From: Mobula birostris
Lineage: Eukaryota
Direction: 5' to 3'
Assembly (NCBI RefSeq): GCF_030028105.1
Contig: NC_092382.1
Location: 100,890,699 to 100,954,698 of the forward strand
Length of the DNA: 64,000 nucleotides
The notes beneath the pieces were generated by a model. The model was not told the DNA's origin, did no database searches, and saw only the letters and a program-made list of their open reading frames with translations. Of the stretch, positions 11,366 through 22,057 are shown in pieces (within the stretch, counting starts at the first letter, position 1; every line of letters begins with the position of its first letter). The position numbers and the translations under genes are program-made.

Positions 11366-11883
11366 AATAGAGAGACTTAGAATAGGCATCCGGGTCCTTT
11401 CTCCCCGCTCCCGCCGGAAGGGTGGAAATGGATAAATCCAGAGGGCATGGTTTAAAGATGTATTTTTAACACAGATAGAAATGCCTGGAATGTGCCGCCA
11501 GGGGTCGTGGTGTATTTACGCACGAGTTTGAAACGTAACAGTGTAAGCGGGTGACGGAAGGAGAAGTTTCGCATCCCAACAGTTGTTGTCCAAGGTGTTC
11601 GGCGCAAGTCCCTTTACAGCGAAGGCGGTGGTTGCCTGAAACGCATTGACAGTAGCGGAGGAGGTGACGGTATGATAAGGAACAGATGGACAGGTACAGG
11701 AACAATCAGGGTATGAGAAAAACATGGACTCCGTGCAGGTTAGCTCAGGTTAATTTACGTCATTTCCTGTATTGTCCTGCTCCATGTTGTACGTTCCACG
11801 TTGACCCACTGTGGCATTTCTACGTGTGACGTGTTCGTAGTTTTGGCGTCATTTCCTGTTCTCTCCTCCTTGCCGGCGGGAGA

Positions 11884-11922
11884 GGTTTTAGTCGCGTCTA
11901 CACATTTCTCTCAGTCACTGTG
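11884..11922 (-). other. 23-RSS of V4
   Basis: CACAGTG-23-ACTAAAACC. Confidence 0.9.
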
Positions 11923-12442
11923 TCGACTCCAGGCGCAGAAGTACAGGGCCGACTGATTGGACCAGAGATTGTCGGTTCTCAGAATGAATGCATTTGCCCC
12001 AGGCCGCTCTGCGTCGAAACCTTCGACAGGTTTGTCCGGAGTTACTGCGTTCGTGCCAAATGAGGAAAAGAGATACTGGGGAGCCTCTCCCGCGTATTGC
12101 CGATACCAGAACAGGTCAAGATTGTTGCTACCCCCGGACAGGGCGCACTTCAGTTCAGCAGGTTTCCCTTGCAGCGCGGAAACGGCGGGCGGTGTCTGAA
12201 CGATCGTCCAAGAATTCACTTCTAGCAGAGAGAGGTGGACAGGGTGATGATGGAGAGCCGGGGACTAAGGCGATAGCATTATTGATGCACGGGGAAAGCA
12301 CATTTAGGTAGAAACATAATTATGCAGTATGCACGATTTGAGGATATTAATTTATCAAACATAGAATGTTTTGAATTGCTATCCAGGTTTACTTACCCGG
12401 GCAGTGGAGAATGAAACCCAGTAAAACGCCGAGGATTCTCAT
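11923..12442 (-). CDS. TRBV: V4, family A TCR V segment, apparently functional
   Basis: Leader 12442-12397 identical in protein to V2 + GTAAGT; V exon 12221-11923 open: EVNSWTIVQTPP..ELKC..LFWYRQYAG..SALYFCAWSR. Confidence 0.9.
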
Positions 12443-13951
12443 TTTGGGGATTTCGCGGCCGTCGTAGACATTTGTCTCAGTATCTGGTGTTAGTGGAACG
12501 GGGAGTGGCGGAGGCAGTGAAGGCGACCAGCTCTTGTTCCAACCCTGAATCTATCTGAGCGGGAGGTAGTCTGAGGTGGAGTGAGACAAAGTCAGTAAAC
12601 GTGCGTTGTGATTGGCTCGCCGCCGTCCAACCCACAGTCGGGAAACCGCCCTGGCGATGGGACGTTCTTTATCTCGCCCGGCCGTGAAGCGTGAATGTCA
12701 GATGCGCAAGAGACGTTGGAAAAAGAGACCACAAATTTCCGAACTGCATCCATGGAAGCACATTTATTTTGTTCGAAAAATGCTGTTCCACCCTCTCAGC
12801 TCCTCAAATGATTTATTGGTTTCCATTTTACATTGCGTTGCGTAAAAGGCCAATCTTACAAGCTAAAATGTGCGCAGGGCGTATTGGTACAGCTTTTTAT
12901 CGCTTTAAGACACTGAAGAGAGAACAATGCAGCCCAAGGACAGACTTTCGGCCCGCCGGGTCTCTGCTGACAAATTTTGGCAGCACTTTTGTCCGCGCTC
13001 GCTTCTTGTCCTGATCATTCGCCTGCCCAAATCACTCTCGCTGTCGTGCCTCCATCCCACGCGATCTGTGAGCACCACCGCCCTGTGAGGTATAAAAACC
13101 TCACCTCGCCAAAATCTTCATTAAACTCGAACCACAGCGGCATCACCTGCAACATGCGCCCCCTAGTGGTTGACACCTGCATGCCGAGGAAGGAGGATCT
13201 GACAATTTCCACTCAGAATCAAAATCAGGTTTATTTTCACCGCATGTGACGTGAAATTTGTTAACTTAGCAGCAACAGTTCAATGAAATACATGATGTAG
13301 CAGACAGAGAGAAAAAATAATAAATAAAATAAAACAAAATAATAAATAAACAGGTAAAGCAATTACATGTATTCAATAGATTATTTAAAAATGTCCAAAA
13401 GCAGAAATACTGCATATTTAAAAAAAAACGAGATAGCGTCAAAAGCTTGAAAATCCATTCAGGAATCGGACGGCAGAGGGGAAGAAGCTGTTCCTGAGTC
13501 GCTGAGTTTGTGCATTCAGGGTTCTCTACCTCCTACCTGATGGTAACATTGAGAAAAGGACATGCCCTGGGTGCTGGAGGGTCCTTAATAATGGAAGCTG
13601 CCTTTCTGAGACAGCGCTCCCTGAAAGACGTCTTGGGCACTTCGTAGCAGTTCTTCTCCAATGTTTTCGGCGCAAGTGCCTTTACACCGAGGGCGATGGT
13701 TTCCTGAAACGAGTTGACAGTAGTGGAGGAAGTGGCGGTATGAGAAGAGACTGATGGAGAGGTACAGGAACGACCAGGGTATGAGAAGTACATGGACTCC
13801 GTACAGATTAGCTTAGCTTAATTTACGTCATTTCCTGTACTGTCCTGTTTCATGTTGTACGTTCCTTGGTGACCCACCGTGGCATTTCAACGTGTGACGT
13901 GTTCGCAGCGCGGACGTCATTTCCTGTTGTCCCCTCCTTGTCGACGGGAGA

Positions 13952-13990
13952 GGTTTTTGTTGCGTTTGCACATTTCTCTCAGTCACTGTG
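13952..13990 (-). other. Perfect 23-RSS of V5
   Basis: CACAGTG-23-ACAAAAACC. Confidence 0.95.
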
Positions 13991-14522
13991 TCGACTCCAG
14001 GCGCAGTAGTGCAGGGCCGACTGATTGGTCCAGAGATTGTTGTTCTCAGAATGAAGGTATTTGCCTCAGGGCGCTCGGCGACGAAACCTTCGACAGATTT
14101 GTCCGGAGTTACTGCGTTCGTGCCAAATGAGGCGAAGAGATACTGGGGAGCCCCTCCCGCGTACTACCGATACCAGAACAGGTCAGGATTTCTGCTACCC
14201 CCTTAGAGGGCGCAGTTCAGTTCGACAGTTTTCCCGGGCAGCGCGGAAACAGCGGCCGGTGTCTGAAGGATGGTCCACGAATTTATCTTCTAGCAGAGAG
14301 AGGTGGAGAGAGTAATGGTCAGTGAGCAAGGAGACCAGGGGAAAAAGATGATAGCGCTATTGATGCACAGGGAAAGCATACTTAGGTAGAAATATAATTA
14401 TGGAATATATATGGATTTCAATATACTAATTTCTCTAACTGTCAGTGTTTTAATTTGGCATCGGCGCTTTACTTACCCGGGCAGTGGAGACTGAAACCTA
14501 GTAAATCGCCGAGGATTCGCAT
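13991..14522 (-). pseudogene. TRBV: V5, family A V pseudogene
   Basis: Leader 14522-14477; +1 nt just after the acceptor (AAGATA-AAT versus AAGTG-AAT); TAA at 14205-14203 and TAG at 14166-14164. Confidence 0.9.
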
Positions 14523-14884
14523 TGTTGGGAATTTAGCGGTCGTCGTGTGCTCTGGTCTCAGGATTTAGCCTCAGCGGACCGAAGAGACGTGGAGGCAGTT
14601 ATGAAGACCAGCTCTTGTTCCAAGCCCCTGAACTATCTGCGGAGGAGGTGCACTGCGACCGACTGGAGACAACGTCAGCAAATGTGAATCGTGATTGGTT
14701 GGCTGCCGTCCAATTCGCAGCCGGCAATTTGCCCGCTTGATCGAATCTCGCTCCGCCGTGAAGCATGAATATCAGATGCACAGGAGAGGTTGGAAGCCGG
14801 GATACCAGCGGAAGAGACTCGTTTGGTCGAGCAGCATCTGTGTAAGCATATACTTATAGTATTATACTCAGTATTTAGGATATA

Positions 14885-15830
14885 GCAAATACAAAATCCA
14901 CAGCACAATACAGGCCCTTCAGCCAACAAAGCTGTGCCGAACATGTTCTTACCTTAGAACTACCTTGGGTTACCCATATCCCTCAATTTTTCTAACCTGA
15001 ATATACTTCTCCAGAAGTATCTTAAACGACCCTATCGTATCTGCCTCCACCACCGTCGCCGGCAGTCCATTCCACGCATTCACCACTCTCTGTGTAAAAA
15101 AGCTTACCCCTGACATCTCCTCTGTACCTTCTTCCAAACACATTAAACTATGCCCTCTCCTGCTATCCATTTCAGCCTTCGGAAAAAGCCTCTGAGTATC
15201 CACACGATCAATGCTTCTCATTATCTTATACACCTCTATTAGGTCTCCTCTCCTCCTCCGTCGCTCCAAAGAGAAAAGGCCGAGTTTACTCAAACTGTGC
15301 TCATAAGACAAGCTCCCCATTCCAGGCAACATCCTTGTAAATATCCTCTGCGCCCTTTCCACATCCTTCCTGTAGTGAGGCAACCAGAACTGAGCACAGT
15401 ACTCCAAGTGGGGTCTGACCAGGGTCCTATATAGCTGCAACATTACCTATCGGCTCTTAAACTCAATCCCGCGATTGATGAAGGCGAATGCACCATATGC
15501 CTTCTTAACCACAGAGTCAACCTGCACAGCAGCTTTGAGTGTCCTATGGACTCGGACCCCAAGATCCCTTTGATCCTCCACACTGCCAAGAGTCTTACCA
15601 TTAATACTACATTCTGCCATCACATTTGAGCTACCAAAATGAACCACCTCACACTTATCTGGGTTGAACTCCATCTTCCACTTCTCAGCCTAGTTTCGCA
15701 TCCTATCAATCCCCGCTGTAACCTCTGACAGCCCCCCACACTATCCACAACACCCCCAACCTTTGTGCCATCAGCAAATTTACGAACCCATCCCTTCACT
15801 TCCTCATCCAGGTCACTTATAAGAATCACA
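14885..15830 (-). mobile_element. CR1-clade LINE 3' fragment (RT C-terminus)
   Basis: ISDLDEEVKGWVRKFADGTKVGGVVD; LYRTLVRPHLEYCAQFW; LERRRRRGDLIEVYKIM. Confidence 0.9.
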
Positions 15831-15970
15831 AAGATTTGGTTCTACAGACGCTGTTTTACCCGCTCATCATCTGAAAACGTTTTTCTTGTTTCAATATCGT
15901 TGTATTTCGGAATAAGGCAGATCTTACCTCCTGATATATGCACAAACTCGCAAGGTTTATTGGTCAACCT

Positions 15971-16281
15971 TGTGGGCACGTGACCAAGTGGTTAAGGCAT
16001 TGGACTAGTGATCTGAAGGTTGCTACTTCGAACCCCAGCCGAGGCAGCGTGTTGTGTCCTTGAGCAAGGCACTTAACCATACGTTTCTCTGCGACAACAC
16101 CGGTGCCAAGCTGTATGGGTCCTAATGCCCTTCCCTTGGACAACATCGGTGGCGTGGAGAGGGGAGACTTGCAGAATGGGCAACTGCTGGTCTCCCATAC
16201 AACCTTGCCCAGGCCTGCGCCCTGGAGAGAGAAGACTTTCCAGGCGAAGATCCATGGTCTCTCAAGACTAACGGATGCCTT
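15971..16281 (+). mobile_element. tRNA-derived SINE with 15-bp target-site duplication
   Basis: TTTATTGGTCAACCT at 15956-15970 and 16282-16296; A box TGACCAAGTGG, B-box-like TTCGAACCC, CORE-like central domain. Confidence 0.85.
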
Positions 16282-17149
16282 TTTATTGGTCAACCTGTAG
16301 GTCGTTCCATCGGTTTGGAACTCAGAAGAGAGACAATCGGCCCACTATATCTCTGCCTACCAACTTACACTGCATGTCTCTCAACTCTTGTTGTATGTTT
16401 CATTCGTGTCCCGACTATGCGCCTGACCAATTGATTGCTGTCCCGATTATGCACTTTCCTGATTGATCCTTCTGCCTGTATCAAATACGCTCCGGAGCAT
16501 CACCGTTCTCTGCGTTAAAATCACACGTCATAAATTCTACCTTAAACTCCACCGCGCCCCGGCCCAGATATTTGCGCCCTCTAGCGGTTGACACCTGCAC
16601 CCCGGGGAAAGAGTACCCTGACTATCTACGCTCACCATATCACATAACTTTATTTATTTACGCCGCTCCAGCGAAAGAATTCCAATTATGTCCGCTCCCC
16701 GGTTAGAAACGTCATCGTCATCATTATAACGTGGGCGATCGTGATCTTTGACCATGATCGTTCGTGACAAACTCTCCCGCAGAAGTATTTTTCCATTGCC
16801 TTCTCCCGGCCAGTGTCTTTGCAAGTCGGGCGTCCGCAGCCATTACCAATTTCTCTAACATCTGGTGACACTCCCCACTGTTTCCACTTTTTTTTGTATC
16901 GTACCAGCACCCATCATCCCATCTGCTTCTACCCACTCCATCTCCATCTAGGCATATCGCACACATTTCAGCACTTCTTAAATCTCCCGTTGCAGCTTTG
17001 TAAAACTCCGGTCTGGTCGCATCCGAAATACTGTGGACACTCCGTTACCAAAGACGTCTCCAATCCGGACCATGGAAAATGCTGAAGGTCAACGCCCGAA
17101 ACGTCATTTCCATGTCTGCGTCCGGACCTTGGTATGTGTGTTGATTCGG

Positions 17150-17720
17150 ATGTTCAGCATCTAAGACTTTCATGTCTTCAGCGGGTAGTAATTTCAACCA
17201 GCTCCCTCATGAACAGTAGCACCCCCCCCCCCCCACCAGCATCGAGGACATCTTCAACAGGCGAATCCTCAGTAAGGCAGCGTCAGTCATTGTCGACCCC
17301 CAACATCCAGGACATGCCCTGTTCTCATTACTACCATCAAGGGGGAGGTGAGGGAATTTGGGGACCCACACTCAACGATTCGGGAACAGCCTTTCCCCCT
17401 CCGCCATCAGATTTCTGATCGGCTCATGAACCCATGAACATCACCTCAGTGTTTTTTCCCTCTCTTGTCTGCCCCACATTGTGTGTGTGTGTGTGTGTAG
17501 CACAATCTATTTAAGCATACATCTGTTTTTAATCTATTTATTAAATTCCATATTAGTCTATTTGTATATTTGACTGCTATTTCTTGTCTGCGCAGTCGTC
17601 TGTTTATTAATTTATTTGCGTATTTATTTACATTTACTGTAATTTATCATATATTTGATCAATTGCACAATGAATTTTACGACATGTACCATTGACAATA
17701 ACCCGGTTTCCAGTTCTGAT
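17150..17720 (+). mobile_element. Rex1/Babar-like 3' fragment carried in the duplicated cassette flank
   Basis: cccaacatccaggacatgccctgttctcattactaccatcaaggg..ttccccctccgccatcagatttctga followed by (GT)n. Paralogues at about 22058-22700, 42400-43030, 50340-50880, 52840-53460, 53700-54190 (+) and 62480-63020, 63575-64000 (-). Confidence 0.7.
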
Positions 17721-18595
17721 TAAAAATCCGCCACCCCTCCCCTTGAGATCGGCGGCCTGGTCACCTGGAGAGCAGGGGCTGGAGTGTAGGAGGAGCAGAG
17801 GGTGACGTAATCAGAAAGGGAAGGCATCTGGAGCGTGGAATCAGCGGAGAAGACCTGTAAGTGAACGTCAGTATAATTGGTCCCGGGCTGAATTTCCAAT
17901 CTTTTTTTTTTATGTCATGGACCAATTTCATGAAGTGAGGGGTCGGTGGTCTCCGGCTGTGGTTAATATTGCTGATTAAGGACCAGTTTGGGCAGACTTT
18001 GCGGGCTTGCACCCAGAGCTGCAGAGCGGTTCGGTCATTCCGCAATTCCGGGATTTGAGACCAGGATTTGGAGGGCAGTGAAAACATGAAATTTGGGTTA
18101 GTTAGTCAACCAGTGTCTGTCCCCTGCTGCTCTGTTTCTCCAGTGGGGGTGCACGTGGGATGGAATTATTTTATTTTATCCATCCGTCCAGCGGGGGGCG
18201 CTATCGCACCATGTACCAGGTAATGAAGGACATCCGCGGCTTCTCAAAGGGGATTTGTGATTAGTCCTTATCCAGTGGGTACCTGTCCCTCAACGCATTC
18301 TGTCCTTCAATCAAAAACTTCTCGACACTTGAGTAAAGCACAGCAAAGTTATGATGCCGGCTTGCATTCGGCCTTCCCTCAGAACAGTGGACTGACTCCG
18401 AGGACGAGCGGAATTTGATTTATATTTAGGTATTCGTTTAAGACACGGTCTTCACACCTAGTTTCCTGTGTGAGAGTTTTTGCCAAGCGTGTGTTTTATA
18501 TTTTCCCTTAGAATACTCATCGCATTGAAGTCGCGCATCTCTCTCTCTCAATCTCCCTCTCTCCTATCTCTCTCTCTGCACTCTCTCTCTCTTTG

Positions 18596-18627
<32 letters not shown>

Positions 18628-19029
18628 TCTCTGTCCTCTCTCTGTCTCTTTCGCTCCGTCCTTATCTGCCTGAGAAACACCTCTGACCGTTAATTCATGG
18701 ACTCTTGGGGATGTGCTTTCTTTCTTTTCTTGCTGATCTGAGACAGAAAAGTCAAAATAATTCTGCTCCTCAAATCCCGAACCGCCATGCAGCTCCTCAG
18801 AGAAACCCTGCGCTAATCTCAGAGACGGCTGGGTCCGGGGGAAATGACGTAGAGCGCAGCCTCTCCCGCTGCTCAGTTCCGCCCACCCCATCCCTGCCCT
18901 GCAGAAAGGGTGGAAGATATCGGCCAATAGCAGCGTGGGGACGTCCGTCCATCAAGGGGGGAAGGGGCGGGACCTCCCAGCCTAACTCATTTCACTCTCG
19001 AAATCGTGAAGAGAACCTTCGAGTGAAAT

Positions 19030-19721
19030 ATGCTGCTGCTGCTTGAGCTGATAATCTGGCTTCACGGTAAAAAGTCGACCCCTTTTAACAATTAAGCAAC
19101 CGTGCAACTATTCCCTAACCTTTTCCTTTCCATCACCTCCCTCGTCTTTGCAACGCCCTTTATTTCTGCCGTTCCTACTTTCTGTCCACTTTTGCGTTTT
19201 AATTTCTTGCATTTCAATCACTAAACATGTTTTATTCTTCTCTTCTCCTAGTTATCCACTTAACATAGTCATCCCTTTTCATTCTCTGTCAGTACCCTCT
19301 GCCAATTTCTCTCTCTGCAGATGGTCCGTATGACCCGACACTCCACTCGCTCCTAAGTTTTCATCAAACTCCTCCCTTCCTACAGGTTATTGACCCTGGC
19401 CTTCCCCCCACCTCTCTTCCAGGTGTGAGCCCGCAGGCCATCGTCCAGACGCCTCCGACCCTTAACAAGCTTCCTGGGGAAAGCGTGACTCTAAGGTGCC
19501 TCAGAAAGGGCAGTATCAGCAGTAACGCCTTCTACTGGTGCAGACAATACCCCGGGAAGGCGATTCACAACCTCTTTTACTCCGGGGCTGCCAACACCGT
19601 CTATCCTCAGGGGGCCGTGGACGGATTCACCGCCCGGAGACCGGATGCAGAGACATTTATTCTGACCTCTCCCGGCGTGCTGCCGAACCACTCGGCCGTC
19701 TACTTCTGCGGGTGGAGTCTT
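19030..19721 (+). CDS. TRBV: V6, family B TCR V segment, apparently functional
   Basis: Leader 19030-19066 MLLLLELIIWLH + GTAAAA; V exon 19423-19721 open: GVSPQAIVQTPP..VTLRC..FYWCRQYPG..SAVYFCGWSL. Confidence 0.88.
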
Positions 19722-19760
19722 CACAGTGACTCAGGGACACAGCGACGCTCAACAAAAACC
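19722..19760 (+). other. Perfect 23-RSS of V6
   Basis: CACAGTG-23-ACAAAAACC. Confidence 0.95.
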
Positions 19761-20256
19761 TTCTAACGTGACAGGAAACAGCTGCCGGTGAGTTTAGCCG
19801 GGAGCAAGCATTTACTGTCTTCGCTATCTCTCTCACACTCTCTCGTACTTACTCTCTTTTATCGTTCTCGCTCTCACCTTTCCCTATTCTTCCCTCTGTT
19901 CACGAGTTTCCTCTGCATGTCACCTCGGGTTGTAGTCTCACCCAAACTCAGTGGATAAACCCTGTTTGTATTTACACTATCTGCATCCGAGCGGCGAACA
20001 AGCACAAGGAGCCTTTGAAACAACCTAACGCCCATTCGCATTCACCGCAGATCATTGGACGACGGCGAGCCAATCACATCCCGCGTTTGCTGACATTGTC
20101 TACACTTGGCCACAGCCCACATTCTGCGTCGATCGGGTGGGGGCTGGACTGAGAGCTCATCTCGCTCACTGACTCCACGCTTCTCCTAGTCCACTGAGAT
20201 CAGACACTGAGACAAGAGACCACGTCGGGCCCACACACGGCAGCCAAAGCCCCAAA

Positions 20257-20827
20257 ATGAGATTCCTCGCCCTTTTTCAGGGTCTTAGTTTCAACTACCC
20301 CGGTAAGTAAATTTCACCTCGAATACTCGACCTTTCAGCCAAAGATATCTTGAATTCCACAACTCTTTAAGATTTACATTTCGATCCAATTCCATCCTCG
20401 CCTGAATATTTGATATTTCAGTACAGTAAAATGTTTATTGGCTTCAAGAGTATCTTCAGAAATAGATAATGCCTTGCCCAGTCTACATCTACAGCTAAGC
20501 AGGGGCTAGCAAGTAGTCGCGGACCGAATGGACAGCAGCTGCTGTGCGCAGTCATCCCTCTGCTCTCCCTCACTCACCCCTCGTAAACCATTTCTTCTCT
20601 CCTCTGTCTCCGGCCCCCCAATGCTCACTGGCTGTTCTCTTCTCCCTATCTTTTGACCAGAGGCGAATTCGCAGAAGATCCATCAGACTCCGCAGGCTGT
20701 CTCCGCGCCTCTAGGGAAGGATGTCCGACTGAGCTGCACGCTATCCGGAGGCAGTAGCGATCCATACATGTTCCGGTATCGGCAATACGCGGGAGAGGCT
20801 CCACAGTGCCTGTTCCACTCTGTAGGC
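20257..20827 (+). pseudogene. TRBV: V7, family A V pseudogene, 3'-truncated
   Basis: Leader 20257-20302; exon from 20661 EANSQKIHQTPQ..LSC..; Trp->Arg (CGG 20774-20776); homology to V10/V18 ends at about 20827; no RSS. Confidence 0.88.
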
Positions 20828-21610
20828 CTCTATCTTTCTCCACCAGCACCACCACCCCTCGCAGCATATTCCAGGCTCACACCACACTCTGTATTGAAAA
20901 TGCAAACAACTTATCTTGCATACATCATTTGAACCTACCACCTTTCACATAAAACGCCTGCCCTCCGCTATTGGACATATTCCCCAACTTGGGAAGCAAA
21001 ATACCGGATACCTACTCGATATGTGTCTCTCCTAATATTGTAAGCTTCTGACACGTCTCTCCTCAGACTGCAGTGTTCCAGAGAAAACAATCCGTTCGTC
21101 CGGCCTCTCGTCACAGCTCATGCCCTCTGCTCCAGGCAACATCCCCAGTGAACCTCCCCTGCACCCGCTCCAAGATCCCCACGCACTTCCTGTAACAGGG
21201 CGACAAGAATGGAACTTAATACTCCAGGTGAGACGTGACTAGAGATTAGGAATTTCTGAAGCAGGTGGGAGATAGGATAGGCGGACAGGGGAGGGGCAGG
21301 AGAAGCACAAAGAAAGATGGGTCAATGTGGGATTTTTAAAAAAAGTGGAAACGGGAGTGCGGTTACAAGAAGTTAGAAAAACACAGGTTCATGGCATTAA
21401 GTTAAACTTCAATGCAAATATATATATTATCGCAGTATGTGCAAGTAACCGGGCACTACTACGAGATTCATTTTGTTGCAGACTCTCACAAAGGCATAGA
21501 ATGGAATCGATGAAGAACGACATACAAAGACTGGCAAGACCATATGAGCTGTAAGGGAGTGTGTAAATTTTCGACCCATTCAGTGTTGGGGTGAGTGATG
21601 TTTTCTGCAA

Positions 21611-21663
21611 TGGTGGAGCTGAGAATGAACGTCTTTGCATCGGGTCTCCGGGCGTTGAAGCTG
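21611..21663 (-). pseudogene. V8, family C FR3 fragment at the edge of an assembly gap
   Basis: Minus strand reads SFNARRPDAKTFILSST (family C: GFTARRPDANTFILNST), then joins repeat sequence with no YYC or RSS. Confidence 0.75.
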
Positions 21664-22057
21664 NNNNNNNNNNNNNNNNNNNNNNNNNNNNNNNNNNNNN
21701 NNNNNNNNNNNNNNNNNNNNNNNNNNNNNNNNNNNNNNNNNNNNNNNNNNNNNNNNNNNNNNNNNNNNNNNNNNNNNNNNNNNNNNNNNNNNNNNNNNNN
21801 NNNNNNNNNNNNNNNNNNNNNNNNNNNNNNNNNNNNNNNNNNNNNNNNNNNNNNNNNNNNNNNNNNNNNNNNNNNNNNNNNNNNNNNNNNNNNNNNNNNN
21901 NNNNNNNNNNNNNNNNNNNNNNNNNNNNNNNNNNNNNNNNNNNNNNNNNNNNNNNNNNNNNNNNNNNNNNNNNNNNNNNNNNNNNNNNNNNNNNNNNNNN
22001 NNNNNNNNNNNNNNNNNNNNNNNNNNNNNNNNNNNNNNNNNNNNNNNNNNNNNNNNN
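21664..22057. other. Assembly gap (394 N)
   Basis: Run of N. Confidence 0.99.

Noticed and set aside
15971-16050. tRNA gene
   Set aside because: It is the head of a SINE: it continues into a CORE-like domain and tail, is TSD-flanked and has a second copy at about 11078.
16760-17030. Highly decayed V-like relic on the minus strand (VLKC, TGGTAC, KYFCGRV followed by CAC)
   Set aside because: The motifs are in different frames with wrong spacing (about 20 and 42 codons versus about 14 and 56), there is no nonamer, and part resembles non-V sequence at 21300-21360. A tBLASTn with V6 would settle it.
19738-19760. Second heptamer CACAGCG inside family B spacers as a nested 12-RSS
   Set aside because: It is only 7 bp from the nonamer, not 12.
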